From: Octopus bimaculoides
Taxonomy: Eukaryota
Reading direction: 5' to 3'
Length of the DNA stretch: 64,000 nucleotides
Assembly: GCF_001194135.2 (NCBI RefSeq)
Contig: NC_068985.1
Span: 77,438,568 to 77,502,567, forward strand
Within the stretch, counting starts at the first letter, position 1. Each line of letters opens with the position of its first letter. Shown here piece by piece: positions 47,740 to 60,668 of the stretch. Made by a program: the position numbers and the translations under genes. The notes beneath the pieces were generated by a model that saw only the letters and a program-made list of their open reading frames with translations, was not told the origin of the DNA and made no database searches.

Positions 47740-48000
47740 TCCCCCAAAACCAAGAACAAACAAAAGAACAACAATACGTGGACATGGTACAGGTAAAGTA
47801 TTAGCAGATGCTCAAGGAAAGAAAGAAAGGTGGTTTAATGTTTTGAGCAAAGCTCTTCTTCAGAAACAGAGGAAAGTCCAATAGAAAAGAAAGATGGAGG
47901 AAAAAATTGCCAACGATTCACATGTGGTTACATTTTGAAATGACTGGAAGGGAATGGGTGAAGAAAAGTTCTTTCTAAGACAGGAAAGTGTAAAAGAAGG
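47740..48000 (-). mobile_element. Penelope-like pseudo-LTR remnant
   Basis: Contains a degenerate minimal hammerhead core, the hallmark of Penelope-like element pLTRs. Boundaries are approximate. Confidence 0.5.
47833..47867 (-). ncRNA. Degenerate minimal type I hammerhead ribozyme, probably inactive
   Basis: Minus strand GTTT-CTGAAGA-A-GAGC-TTT-GCTC-AAAACATT-AAAC. Two CpG-type G-to-A changes from CGAAACGTT; stem I gttt/aaac and stem II GAGC/GCTC are intact. Confidence 0.6.
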
Positions 48001-48204
48001 AGGTATGTGTGGATATGTGCATGTGCGCGTGTGTGTATGCGTTGTGTTTGTATGATGTTGGCTGTTTATATGTGTGAGTGAACATTGTGCCTTTTAATGT
48101 AGGAAGAATTCAGCAGCATAGTAACAGGAGTGGTGGTCCTTTGTGCAGTTGTGTCTCTTCACATGCACATAGAGGAATGGTCAGTAGATAGGTGTTTGAT
48201 TGGC

Positions 48205-48715
48205 AGTTTGAAGTATGTGTGTGTGTGTTTTGTGTGTAGTGTGTGCATGTGTCTGTGTGTACATGAGTGTATGTGTATGTCGGATTGTGTGTGGAGTTAC
48301 ATGTGCGTTCTTGTGTGTGTGGATATGCCCATGTATGTGTAATTGTGTGTTGCATGTGTGTGGGAGGTATGTGTGCGTTCATGGCGTGTGTGTGCATGTG
48401 TGTATATGTGTATGAGTGTGTGTGTATGTATGTTTGTGTGTACATGGGGTTGTGTGTATGTGGGGTTGTGTGTATGTGGGGTTGTGTACGTGGGGTTGTG
48501 TGTGTAGTTGTGTGTTTGGGGGTTTGAATGTGTAAGGTATGTATGAGTGTACACGCATGTGTACATGTGTGTGCACATGTGTTGTGTGTGTGGGAGGTAT
48601 ATGTGCATTCATGTGCATGTGTGTGTATGCGCATGTGTTTGCATGGGGTTGTGTGTGGCGGTATATGTGCGTTCCTGTGCATGCGCGTGTATGTATGTAT
48701 GTGTGTGTGTATACA
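48205..48715. repeat. Complex GT-rich minisatellite
   Basis: Four diverged units of ttgtgtgtg(g)gaggtatatgtgcgttc plus three of ggggttgtg(tgtatgt) embedded in (GT)n. Confidence 0.8.
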
Positions 48716-49204
48716 GAAATAAAATAAAATATAAAATAAGATTGATAAAAAAGGAGGAAGGATACAAGATGTAAAAATAAAAGAATGAATAAAAATTACA
48801 AAAATTAAAAATTAAAAAATAAAAATTAAAAGAATAAAATGGAAATTAAAACATTTATAAAAAAAATTAATGCAATTAAAAAGTTAAACAATTCAACAGA
48901 AAAAAAAACCCATAGGGAGTTCAGGTAAAATTGCTTCTAATGATGTATTGTAATAGGTATATATACAGTAAGTACTCAAGTTAACTTACCACCTAAAACT
49001 CGAACTTGAACAACAACTAAAACAAAGTGGTTTTATAGCTGCCTAGTGAATCTATTCTGGAAACAGCTGTAAGAAACTATTTGCACACCTTCCTACTCCC
49101 TTATCTCTATGATACACTCTATTATAACAGCTCTGCAGCTATATTTAAATATATAAATTTCATGCTCTAAACTGACACCAGCTGTTTGCCTGTTCATTAC
49201 TGTA

Positions 49205-49236
<32 letters not shown>

Positions 49237-49357
49237 GTGCACTCTGGCATTGATTTTCCGGTACTTCTTCCACCCTCTCCAACCTGCCTTCATTCGTATG
49301 GTTTCTATTGATCTGCCAATTCAAATTTAAAATCAACCACAGTCCGTGATAGCTTAA

Positions 49358-49510
49358 CCCTTTTGATGTCAACCTGTCTGAGGCTGCCCCTAGTTCAATG
49401 ATAAACTTCCTGTTTTAAAGTGGTCTAAATTAAAACCTTCCTGTAAAATTTGTTCCAAACACTAGCTTATTAATGTTATTTTATTAGACTCTTAGTCATT
49501 TTCAAAATAA
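49358..49510. mobile_element. piggyBac-like MITE, left part
   Basis: TTAA followed by cccttttgatgtcaacc; the matching family right end ggtatcaaaaggg plus TTAA is at 57886-57902. Confidence 0.55.
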
Positions 49511-50455
49511 TATATAAATATATATATTAAATATAAATATATTATGACTCTTCGATGAAAGTTACTTGCATAAATTCCCAAACTCAATTTTGGATTTATG
49601 GAGGGTCAAAGCTGGGAACCAAAACAAGATAGTGGAGACCTGCAAGGAAACCGAAGGAAGGCCAACATAGATGGTCGTTAGACTAGAATGAGAGGAAAAT
49701 AGTGAATGCTGGGAGAAATATTTTCTTTGGAAAGAGAAGAGATAGATGTCCAGTCATTAGAACGTCATGCAGGAAAAGAAAGATGGTCATATATATATAT
49801 ATATGAATGCAAACACTTTTTCCATCGAGGGCTTATATGCCCTAATGTTAGACTATTTTCTTTAGTCAATATGGTTTAAGCTTATATATATTTATATATA
49901 TATATATATATATACATAAATATGCATATGCCTATATGTGTACAGGATGTCACCAACTGTAAACATTTATAGGATTCATCGCAGAAAGCACACATGCTTG
50001 TTTGTTTAAAAAACAGCACTATGAAATTATAGTTCTTAAATTTCACAGGAAGAAGTGAGTGGGAAGGTAGTACACTTACCATGAATATATAGAGATGGTA
50101 GGTTCAAGTCCCACGTGTACGGAAAACTCACTTTTTTCAGTTGTGGGTTTATTTGCCCCAATATTAGACAGTTTTCCTTAGTCAATACACTGTGATCGCT
50201 TACAATCTTTAAGCCTATAAAATATTATTAGTATTATTTACAGAATTGTCACTCATCACAACTTCTCAAATCATTTATATATATATAATTGCAGCGTGGA
50301 AGGTGTTTTATAAGCGGTTTTTGTGTACTTTTTAAATGGCTTATAAACACTTTCCTTGCTACAATTGTTTTTGTTTCAGCTTACGATCTCAAATCGAGTC
50401 ACTTACTATGCAAGTACATCTCTGTAACAATATATATGTGTGTGTGTGTATATAC

Positions 50456-50488
<33 letters not shown>

Positions 50489-52313
50489 TTCTCCTGTTAG
50501 TTTCAAAGTATAAGGATCTGATGGTCAATAGCTGTTAGATTACTCATATTTGTTTCCAGTGGTGAAGGCTTTTGTAGGACCAGCCATACTCTTTGGAAAT
50601 GGTGATAACAGATATATACATACAATAATTTCATTGGGGCACTAACTCTGGAGTTTACCATATATGTATGCATTCATATATGTGTGTGTGTGTGTGTGTA
50701 CGCACAGGAACACATATAAGAAAATATGCAAATAAAAATATGCAAATAAATATATATACACACACACATTCACAACACACACACACACATGAATTTGTAT
50801 GGGTATGCAAATGTACACATAGTATATCCTCAGGTAGATAATGGTGTCTATATGTTTGCAGTCTCAGTTTATATACAAGGTATATAATGAAGTAACACAC
50901 ACACATGCACACACCTAGAGAAAAGTCAGTGTGGCCAGTTACAATAATACTTCAAACCGATTGGGTAGGAGAGTTTGAGGTGAGTCATAGCATTGCTCTT
51001 TTGACTGACTTTACTATGTAAATGTTATACATGTTTCTCTGCCTGACTATCCCTCTCTCACTCTCTCTAGCTCAATTCCTCCCATTCTCTTCTCCACACC
51101 TCCTGCCTAGCTTTTGTTTCATATGCTTTGTTGTTCCAATCTAGCTGAATGCTAGACATCATCACAATCACCATAACCATCAGCTTCATCAAAAACATTG
51201 ACCACCTCCCTCAGAGATCCTACAGGCTGCTGGAGCTATCAATAATGGATTTTATTTTCTCTCATATTAGCTACCATGTAGTATGAGGTTTTCTTTACTT
51301 TTTTTTTTTTAATTTTTATAAGGGATAAGGTGTGGTTGAAGATTTCTGTGATGTTCATGTCTCTCCTGAAGGTATTGGTAATACAAGTCTAATGATTTCC
51401 TCTGAGAATTTAGACCAGATGAAAACTTAACCCTACTAGAAATAATAGCTAATTCTCCCTCAAATCACAAACTAACATTAAAAAATATATATCCAGAGAA
51501 TAACGCCTTTGATTATAAGTCTGCTTGATCAAGGCTGGCTAAGGACTAAACAACAAGAACAACAATTGGATGATGAAAATAATGAGAGTAATTTAAATTT
51601 CAATTGTTTGAGCTGGTTACTTAAACGTTTTACCCAAATGAAGGGTAAAGATCCAGAAACCATGGTCTACTGGTTTTCTAGGCTGGAGGGGAGTAATTCA
51701 CCCCCTTACTCTCAGTATATCGGACACAGGTTGTGTGTTATTAACCAGCTGGAAAAAACGTTTCCCTGGGGTTAAAATGTTGTAACATAGTTCATTATAG
51801 AACGACCATGTTACAGTTGCAAAAAAAAAAAAGAAGTTACCATCTAATATTGTCACTACTTATATCTCATTTAGAGATGTTAGAAGTAGCCATTTTGCTC
51901 ATTATAAACAACAAAATGGTAGTAATGTAGTTCCGTATTGAATAGCCATGTTGAAGTGGCAACCAACATTACTTTTCAGTATTATTACTACTTACATCTC
52001 TTATAGAGATTTTAGAACTGGCTACTTTACTTGTTGCCAAATCAGAAGCTGAATGTCACTTGTATTTCTATATATTGCAAGCTAGGATGAATAACTGCCA
52101 TGTCTAGCAAACAGGTGTCCAGTACTGACAAAGGGAAATACTCTGAAATCAGACTGCTATACTGGTTTGTTACCGCTAGATGGTAGGGGTTTGCTCCCCT
52201 GCTCACAGTATGTCAGACACAGGGTGTGTCTTTAACCAGTTGGAGATGTCCTCCTGGGGTTAAAAAAATAGTAGTAACATAGTTCCATATAAACTTACAC
52301 ATATATACCATAA

Positions 52314-55300
52314 GGGTGATTCCATGTAAACCAGGAATTTTGAAACCCGCCATCTCAGATTGTCACCAAATTTTGACCAGTTTCTTCTATCAGTAAAAAC
52401 AGAAAAAATGCAAAATTTCAGGCTCCAACTCCCAATGGTTCAGAAGTTATGACAATTTGAAATTCAGCTCAAATCACCGGTTTTTAGGCCTGCAGTGTCC
52501 TTCTTGAATTTAGTGCTGCAACAAATAATGTAATAACTTTTAATTCATGTGGACTATTTTTCTGAAAATTTGTACCTGAGCATTTTTTGGGGGTGCTGAA
52601 TCTCAATGTGAAGAGAAGAGTGTATTTCTCATGGCAAAGTACTTGTTTTCTTGAATCAAAATGAAAACACTTCACCATTTTCCCCCAACACTGCTGTGTA
52701 CTCCAAGCCAAATTCCCAGAAGTGCCCAAAATCTTACAGCTTCAAAACGTTTTGCACATGAACTGGACATAATCTTTTACTTGTGTGTGAAAAATCTCAG
52801 TGGTGTTCTCAAGACATCAAAAGCTATTATCATTCATCTAAGAAGCATAATTTTTGAATTTTTCTCAAAAGCAATTGTTGTGTCAGAAAATTGATTGTGT
52901 TTGACCAGTCTGTTAAAAACAATCAATGCATCCAGCAGTGGTGGCAAATCACAGTCCAAGAGGTAATAATGCAACAGATATTATTTTCAGGTTTAATATC
53001 ACTGACATATAACATTTCTAAGTCATATTAATCCTGTTGTGACTGAGAGATTATATACCCTCCAGTCTACACCAAATTTTCACAAGTTTTAGGAATGTTT
53101 ATACCATAATGAAACTCTGCACACAATATCATGTACTTTGTATCAATAAAGTTTGCATGCCATCTTTTTCAAACATTTTGCTTTGTATGGTGTTCTTCTT
53201 CCAGAAATATTGTCATCAGTTACTTCTGAGCAGCCAATATTTTCCAAAATATGTTGGTGGAACTTTGAAAAGAGCTCGAATTTTCACTATATTTTAGTCT
53301 ATACACCTTCAGCAGAATGGGGCTGCCAAGAGAAAACTACACCAGATATGAAGCTCATTTTGGCTTTAAAACAACAGTAAGTTTCAGTCACATATATCAG
53401 ACAAATTTTCAGACCAGTAGATTGTGAAACAAAGTCACGAGGAAAGAAAATTACGGGGTCTGTTTGATTCAATAACTTCTCATCACTTGGCTGTTTCAAT
53501 TCAGCACCCTGAAAGTTGGTTACAACAACACTCACTTTCAGGCAGTATGAAAGCATTTTGTGGCAAGCACTAGATCTTGAAATCATGTACAATCAATGGA
53601 AATTCAAACTTGCCAGACGTTTTGAAGTGTACTATATTCTCAAACACTCGTGAGTATGAATTGCACACAATGGATAGAATTATTTCTTCAAAAAGTCAAC
53701 ATACATCCAAATCAAGCCATGTAAAGTCAAAATCTAAAAAGCAGGTACATTCGTCAGCAAAAATGTGTGTTTACCAGATTGAAAAAGAGCAAATTTTAAA
53801 ATTTGGGTTCACAATATAGCAGCAAACGAATTGGGAAAATTTCCCTTTTTTGAAAACCAAAATCTTCTGGTCCTTTTGGGAAAATTTGATTAAATTTTCG
53901 ACAAAAGGACACGTTTCTGTCAAAGTGTGCCTTCATGTGAGTCATGAGCATGTCTCTTGCTTTCTAGAATATGGGCAGAAAAATAGTGTCAAACTTGAAG
54001 AATTAAGTGATTGTACTCCCATATCTCAATTCAAACTGAATTGACAGAAGTCTCAACAATCCTTTTACAAACAGCAAAATGCCAGACATTCACATAGAAA
54101 GTATATCCTTGATCATTTCAGTGCCATTTTTTGTCACATGGCACTGTAGAGCAGACTGATGACAATTGAGGAGGCTCGGTTCTAGCAACCACTTATGTCA
54201 GTGGTACCCAGCATAAATCATTTCTTGTTGGCCAGCTGAATGAATGATTTGGAAGGTGCGGATGCATAAATTTCGCCTTCACATCATTTGCCTCCCAATC
54301 TATTTGCACAGCAATGCCAACCCAGTGCCGTTCATAATATATACAGAGAAGGTATTGAGAGAATTTGATATCACCTGTATTAAGTTTGTGCTGAAAGCAT
54401 TTGCCCTGAAGGTCAAACTCGAGCAGTACTCTCATCTGACAACTGTTTCATGTTGATTGTGTGGTCTGAAGTTGGAGCAAACTGGTGATAACTTCTGCTG
54501 CCTGGAATAGTTTTGACTAAAGCGAATCTTTCAGCCAGTTCATTTCAGGTGGAGTCCATTGCTGCTGAAGGAATGCACACAAATGTGATTCCTTGAATTG
54601 GACATTCACAGAATTTAAACATCTGTTTTGCAGACAGAATTTGAGAAGCATTTGGTTGCTGCAGGCTGGCTCTTGCTGTCAATCTTATTGCAGTCCCTCC
54701 TATTCTGTCACAGGGTGATTACCATGGCTGGTGGAAAAAAAGTTCCACATACGACAGATTGAGAAATCTGTAGGGTGATGACAAAGATTGAGAAAATGTT
54801 TACAATTCTTATAGTGAGCAGCACAACCATCTGAAAGATAATGAATGACTTCAATTGAAGGATTCAGCGTTTCCTTTATGTGAGCTCTTGTCTTCTTCAG
54901 AACCTTGTGAATAAAACCAACATCATTATCAAGATCATCAGAAATGATGCAAATGGAAGAATTGTCAAGCACAGTTTGATAGCAAAAATAGACAATCACA
55001 GGATAGAGTGAGCACTGGGGCTTATTCCAGTGGTGTCCCTGGATTTCATCTTGCACAACAAATGAATAATTTTCAGTGAAGTCTCCCAAAACTTTGGCCT
55101 CATTTGGCTCTATCATTTCTTTGAGGTGTTTCAAGTAAGTTGACAGAGCACAAGTAATGTATGAGTGCAAGGGAATTTTCTCAATTTTTTTCAGTCAGAA
55201 TGTCAACAAATTCTTGGACGGACAGATATACAGTGACGAGTTCAGTTCTGCCAGTTGTTGTCCATTCTATAAATTGAATCTCATGCCCTGATGATCAAAA

Positions 55301-56067
55301 CACAGATGAGCTGAAGAAAAGTCATTAAAATCACAAACGTGGCTTCCCTTTTCATTACAGGGAAACATGATGCTGACCAAGATGAATGTTTACACATGTT
55401 GAACTGACAATAATACAACTCCAACCAACACCTGAATCAGCTGTACTGATATGTATGACCACTGTAAGAAAAGAATTTGAAGAAAACAGGAAGAGACAAT
55501 TTCCTCTGACTGTGTGTTTCCTGTGATTGTGGTTAGAAAATATCAAATAAATGGCTCAACTTGGTGGTTTGTAACTTTTGCTGTCTTGAGAGTACCATTG
55601 AGTTTTTTCACACACAAGTCCAGTTTGTGCAAAAAGTTTTAAAGCTGTAGGATTTGGGCACTTCTGAGAATTTGGCTTTGAGTACGTACACAGCAGTGTC
55701 AGGGGAAAATGGTGAAGTGTTTTCATTTTGGTTCAAGAAAACAAGTACTTTACCAAATGAAATAAACTCTTTTCTCTTCAGATTGAGATTCAGCACTCCC
55801 AAAAATGGTCAGGTACAAATTTTCAAAAAAATAGTCCATGTGGATTGAAGGTTATTATATTATTTGTTGCAGCATTGAAATTCAAGATGGCTGTCACAGG
55901 CCTCAAAACTGGTGATTTGAGCCAAATTTCAAAATGTCATAACTTTTGAACCATTGGGAGTCGGGGTCTGAAATTTTGCACTTTTTCTGTTCTTACTGAT
56001 AGGAACAACTGGTGAAAATTTAAGATGGTGAGTTTCATGCCTGTCCCACATTTATATGGAATTACCC
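52314..56067 (-). mobile_element. Sola2 DNA transposon, internally deleted and inactive
   Basis: Termini GGGTGATTCCAT and ATGGAATTACCC with 4-bp TSD ATAA (52310-52313 and 56068-56071). About 500-bp diverged TIRs (52314 to ~52828 and ~55572 to 56067). Sola2-type transposase inside. Confidence 0.85.
54193..55470 (-). pseudogene. Sola2 transposase remnant (N-terminal part missing)
   Basis: GDFTENYSFVVQDEIQGHHW..ISDDL..YLSDGCAAHYKN..WNFFSTSHG, frameshift, SPCDRIGGT..ARASLQ..KTIPGSRSYHQF..FMHP..SFSWP..CWVP; contains stops and frameshifts. Confidence 0.88.
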
Positions 56068-57779
56068 ATAACTTACCTCTATATACACTCACACGGTAAT
56101 GTGTACACATTCACAAACACAATATCTTACACAGGGATTGTTTCACATATGTACTCACATACATATTTACAGACAATAGGTGGGAGCTGAGTATGCACAG
56201 TATAGAAAATGTATGATAATGCTAAAAAGGATTTAAAAATTAAACTCTGAATTCTTCATACAAAGCAAGGCCCTTGCTATCAAAAGTGACTAAGAGAAAT
56301 CCAGCCCAAGCTGATATGGCGGCAGTAATGGAAACTAACAAAATTAGGCTTGATCTCCATGTAAATATATTAATATCAAGCCTAATTACTAACTACTTCC
56401 ATATTTGTTTACATACACATGCAATAATATACACAGATACTTGTACATATCTACTCAGTAGTGTACACACACACACACACACACACATATTCAGTAATGT
56501 ACATATACACACTCACATACACTGTTATTCTCACATGTACATTTCTGTACACTCACATATATACATATGTTATGTATACATAAGTACACCAGTACAATGT
56601 ATGTGCTACTGACTGATAATACAATCTTTCCTCCATCCGCACCACCTAGAACACTTCAAAATATCTTATGTTCATCCCATTCATTGACAGAAACACTTGA
56701 GCTCATGTTTTAAACATTGACATTCACAAACTTGCATTGCTCTTATTATTCCCTATATTGACATTGATTAGATATGGTCTCTAATATTATGTCTCATCAT
56801 ACATCCCATTCTTTTAAAAAGCAACCTGCTTAGGACAGATCTTTCTTCCTCCTTTTCAGGTTTTCTATTGATTATCAACCTTTCCCCAACTCTTACAACA
56901 TTTCTCTACTTTAACGAACATTGTTATGTATGTATGTATGTATAGACAGAGTATATGTATGGTTTAATGGATGGATGGGCAGACTTTTTTTAATATATTA
57001 TTTCAATCTTTCCTACAAAGAAGGGACTGGTATCTTAACAAAAAGACAAAGTTCCATTGTTAGAACTAGGATAACAAAAAAACAATAAATGTTACTCTTT
57101 TGCTTACAGATTGTATAGTAAAATAGTTGTTAGCTGGTTACTTTATCTGGAAACTCTTTCTGAAATTGTTATTGAAATATTGACAGAGTTCTCCACTAAT
57201 TATTGTCATGAATGTGAATTTTTAATCATGGGTAGATAAGATGTAGGTTTTGGAGCAGTTGTCCATATTCTCCTTCTCACTGATTTTGGAAGAACTATTC
57301 ACTTCTGCTGGGCCTCTATGACTGTACATGATTTTTGTCTATCAAGCTTGCAATATTTGATGTTGGTCCTAGAAGTTTTGATAATGTTTCTTTGATATGC
57401 TTTGTATTGATAATGCATCTAGGTATTCATAAACAGCGGCATTGTCTCTATTTATCCCAGAGCAGTTTTTTTGTTGGGTGGCAGTCTCTTATCAACAACA
57501 TCATGCTGTGTTGAGAGATAATACCTTGATGACACTTTTGGACAGCTGCTGATCACATGTACGCTTTCATAGAAATGTGACATAATCCATATTTTCAGTT
57601 GCATTGCAGGGGTGTAAGGGCTTCACTCTTACTTTTGTTTGTTAGGTATTTATTTTGTAGTTATTTCCTGCTCTTGTAATACAGAAGTATAGCTTTTGAA
57701 ATGTTACTACACTTCGTGGTAATATTAGCATCCTCCTTAAATTTATGGAAAGCATAGTCATGCATTACCTTTTTGAGGT

Positions 57780-57898
57780 ATGCAGTGTTTATTTTATGTC
57801 TTTGATGAGGCATGCTAGTCCAGTGTCTGGAACAAAATTAAGATGAAATTTTGATGTATCTTTGGACTAGGGGTGGAGGTATGTTGGTATCAAAAGGG
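57780..57898. mobile_element. piggyBac-like MITE, right part
   Basis: gtgtctggaacaaaattaagatgaaattttgatg..ggtatcaaaaggg followed by TTAA. Confidence 0.55.
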
Positions 57899-58053
57899 TT
57901 AACATGACATTTGTCTGGAATATTGAGTCACATTACAATTCAATTAATAACCCATTTCATTAATCAAACAGAACAGTTATTGTCAAAATTGGCAAAAATC
58001 TATTCTCTTTTACTCGTTTCAGCCATGCAGCTGCGGTCGTGCTTTTACATTTA

Positions 58054-58905
58054 TAGTGGTGCCATTTAATTTTAAGAATGCTAGTATACTAATATTAGAA
58101 TGACATTTCTTATATATTCAAGTTGTAAATTGTGAATTAAGATGTATATCAAAATGAAGAAAATTTCACGAGCATTAATATGATATACAACTTTACAGCG
58201 TCACATCACCATATTCATTTTGAATTGCCACTTCATTAAGAAGGATTTGCAAAATTCCATTTTTTTTTTTTGCCTTATCGATTAATATAAAGGTAGGGTA
58301 ATTTGCAGGCTTTTACAATTTTTAAGTTACTTAATAGTTGCGGTGGGAAAGAAACAAAACTTAACACCAGAAACCAGAGCGAGGATTGTTCAGCTTAGTA
58401 GGCTGAAATGGTCATATAAAGCTATTTCAAATGATGTTGGATGCTCTAAAATGGCAGTCTACAATGCTGTCCAGCTTTATAAAGAAACTGATTATATAGG
58501 TTGCTCTCTACCTGGGCAACCAAGAAAAACAATGCCAAGAATGGATAGATACATTCGTAGACTGACCCTAAAAAATGCAAAATGACTGCTGTTGACATTT
58601 TAAAAGAAATTCGGCAAAAATATGGACTTACCATTGGAGTGTCCACCATAAAAAATTGTCTCAAAGAATTTGAACTTCTAGGAAGAATCTCTCACAAAAA
58701 GCCATACATTTCTTTAAAAAATCGACATGCCCAAATACAGTTCACAAAAGAGCATTTGAATTGGAGTCCAGCAGATTGGTTGAATGTGTTGTGGTCAGAC
58801 AAGTCAAAGTTCAACTTGTTTGGCAATGATGGCAGGAAGCATGTAAGACGGTGTATAAGCGAAGAATATCATCCAAAATACATCCGACCTACAATTAAGC
58901 ACCGC
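58054..58905 (+). mobile_element. Tc1-like transposon, 5' half
   Basis: TA followed by tagtggtgcca terminus; GKKQNLTPETRARIVQL..GQPRKT..DRYIRR, frameshift, TIKNCLKE..KKPYIS..NW..WLNVLWSDKSKFNLFGNDG..HPKYIRPTIKH, then truncated. Confidence 0.88.
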
Positions 58906-58951
58906 TGTTTATGTGTGTATGTGTCAAAAAAGAGAGTGTGTGTGATCGTAG

Positions 58952-59316
58952 CACTCCGTCGGTTACTACGATGAGGGTTCCAGTTGATCTGATCAATGGA
59001 ACTGCCTGCTCGTGAAATTAACGTGCAAGTGACTGAGCACTCCACAGATACGTGTACCCTTAACATAGTTCTCAGGGAGATACAGTGTGACAAGGCTAAC
59101 CCTTTGAAATACAGGTACAACAGAAACAGGAAGAAAGAGTGCGAGAAAGTTGTGGTGTAAGAATACAGCAGAGTTCACCACCACTCCCTGCCAGAGCCTC
59201 AAGTAGCTTTAGGTGTTTTCGCTTAATAAACACTCACAACGCCTGGTCTGGGAATCGAATCTGTGATCCTATGACCATGAGTCTGCTGCCCTAACCACTG
59301 GGCCATTGCACCTCCA
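58952..59316 (-). mobile_element. tRNA-derived SINE, third family (Octopus OK/OR-type)
   Basis: Minus strand tggaggtgcaatggcccagtggttagggcagcagactc..ggatcacagattcgattcccagacc: clear tRNA A/B boxes and a long conserved body. Confidence 0.85.
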
Positions 59317-59696
59317 CTGTGTCTGATAGTATAGAGAGGAAACAGATATATTAACCTACAAGTAGCATTATATTTGATGTGAATCCATCATCCTAATTAA
59401 TGTCAATTAGAAGACCTATTTGACCTAGTGTTAATAGATTAATAAATGAAATGAAAGTTTGTTTTTTTTAATCTAAATTATATGTGGGTTAGTGTTTCAA
59501 TGTTAACAATTATAGTTATTACCAATATTGTGTGACCTTAATTAGTACTGCAGTTAGTTCTTTGTTTGTTTGTTTGTTTAGCTTATAACCCATAGTTCAT
59601 CCTCTAAATATCTTGTTAACTCAATAAGAATGAGTGAGGCTTGTCACTCAACCTGCTAGAAATAGCAGATAAACCACTCTCAAATTATACCCTCTT

Positions 59697-59940
59697 TGGT
59701 AGACAGAACCTGAAAGAAGCCTATTGTATATATGTGTGTGTGTGTCTTTGTGCTTTTGTCCCTCCATCACTGCTTGGCAATCGGTGTTGGTGTGTTTATG
59801 TCCCTGTAACTTAGCGTTTCAGCAAATGAGACCGAATAAGTACCAGACTTAAAAAATAAGTACTGTGGTCGATTCGTTTGAAGGCAGTGCTCCAGCATGA
59901 CCACAGTCAAATGACTGAAACAAGTGAAAAAATAAAAGAA
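59697..59940 (+). mobile_element. Headless family A SINE
   Basis: ggtagacagaacctgaaagaagcc, (GT)n, ggtgttggtgtgtttatgtccctgtaactt..ccagcatgaccacagtcaaatgactgaaacaagt. Confidence 0.8.
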
Positions 59941-60632
59941 TTACTAGTAGCTTTTGTTTAACCACTGATCAAGTGATCCTGGAAAGTTAGGATCAAAGTT
60001 ATTCCAGATGTAAGCAGCCCATCATTTTGATATCAGGAACCTCGTTGTTCAATGTACCCTATATATTTTTTTAAGTTGGTAGGATATGATTCGAGGGAGA
60101 TATATATGTGCCATTTCTTGTATGTCAAGTGCTATGTAAGGCCCCTTCATTGCCTTGTTTGTTCTTCCTAGTTTTAGTAATTTCAGAAGTATGACTGAAC
60201 TATCAAGGAAGCAAAATAAAACGCTAGATCTTTGGACATATTATCTAGCAGTGAGGTTGTTGGTGGCATTTTCAAAGCCCCAAAATATCTAATGTAATAT
60301 GTGTCTACTTAATTTATCACTTTGACTCATCACTGCTGTTTGTGTCATTTGTCACTGAGTGTGTGTAAAGGGTGGTGGGGAGGCAATTAAATTGTCTTCT
60401 GACTACCTATTTCTCATTGTTTCTGTTTCCCCATTGTAGACTGATCTTATCTGGAAACATTGGAAGCATACCATTGTTAATGTCTGCCACTAGACAAGAG
60501 TAATGGGTATTGTATTTTCCAGCACATGAGCAGGCGTACTACATAGTGTAAACATCGTTTACTATCTTTCCAGATCTTGCTGCATTTTACATGGAATTTT
60601 TGGTTCTCTAAAGCACTTTTGGTATATGACTT

Positions 60633-60668
<36 letters not shown>

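Noticed and set aside
57300-57900. Apparent Penelope GIY-YIG-like translation on the minus strand
   Set aside because: The best-looking part is the right end of the piggyBac-like MITE, and the rest is too degenerate.
59230-59316. tRNA-like sequences in SINE heads (also 2722, 6350-6417, 38681, 39459)
   Set aside because: Each continues into a SINE body and lacks an intact cloverleaf, so they are not called as tRNA genes.
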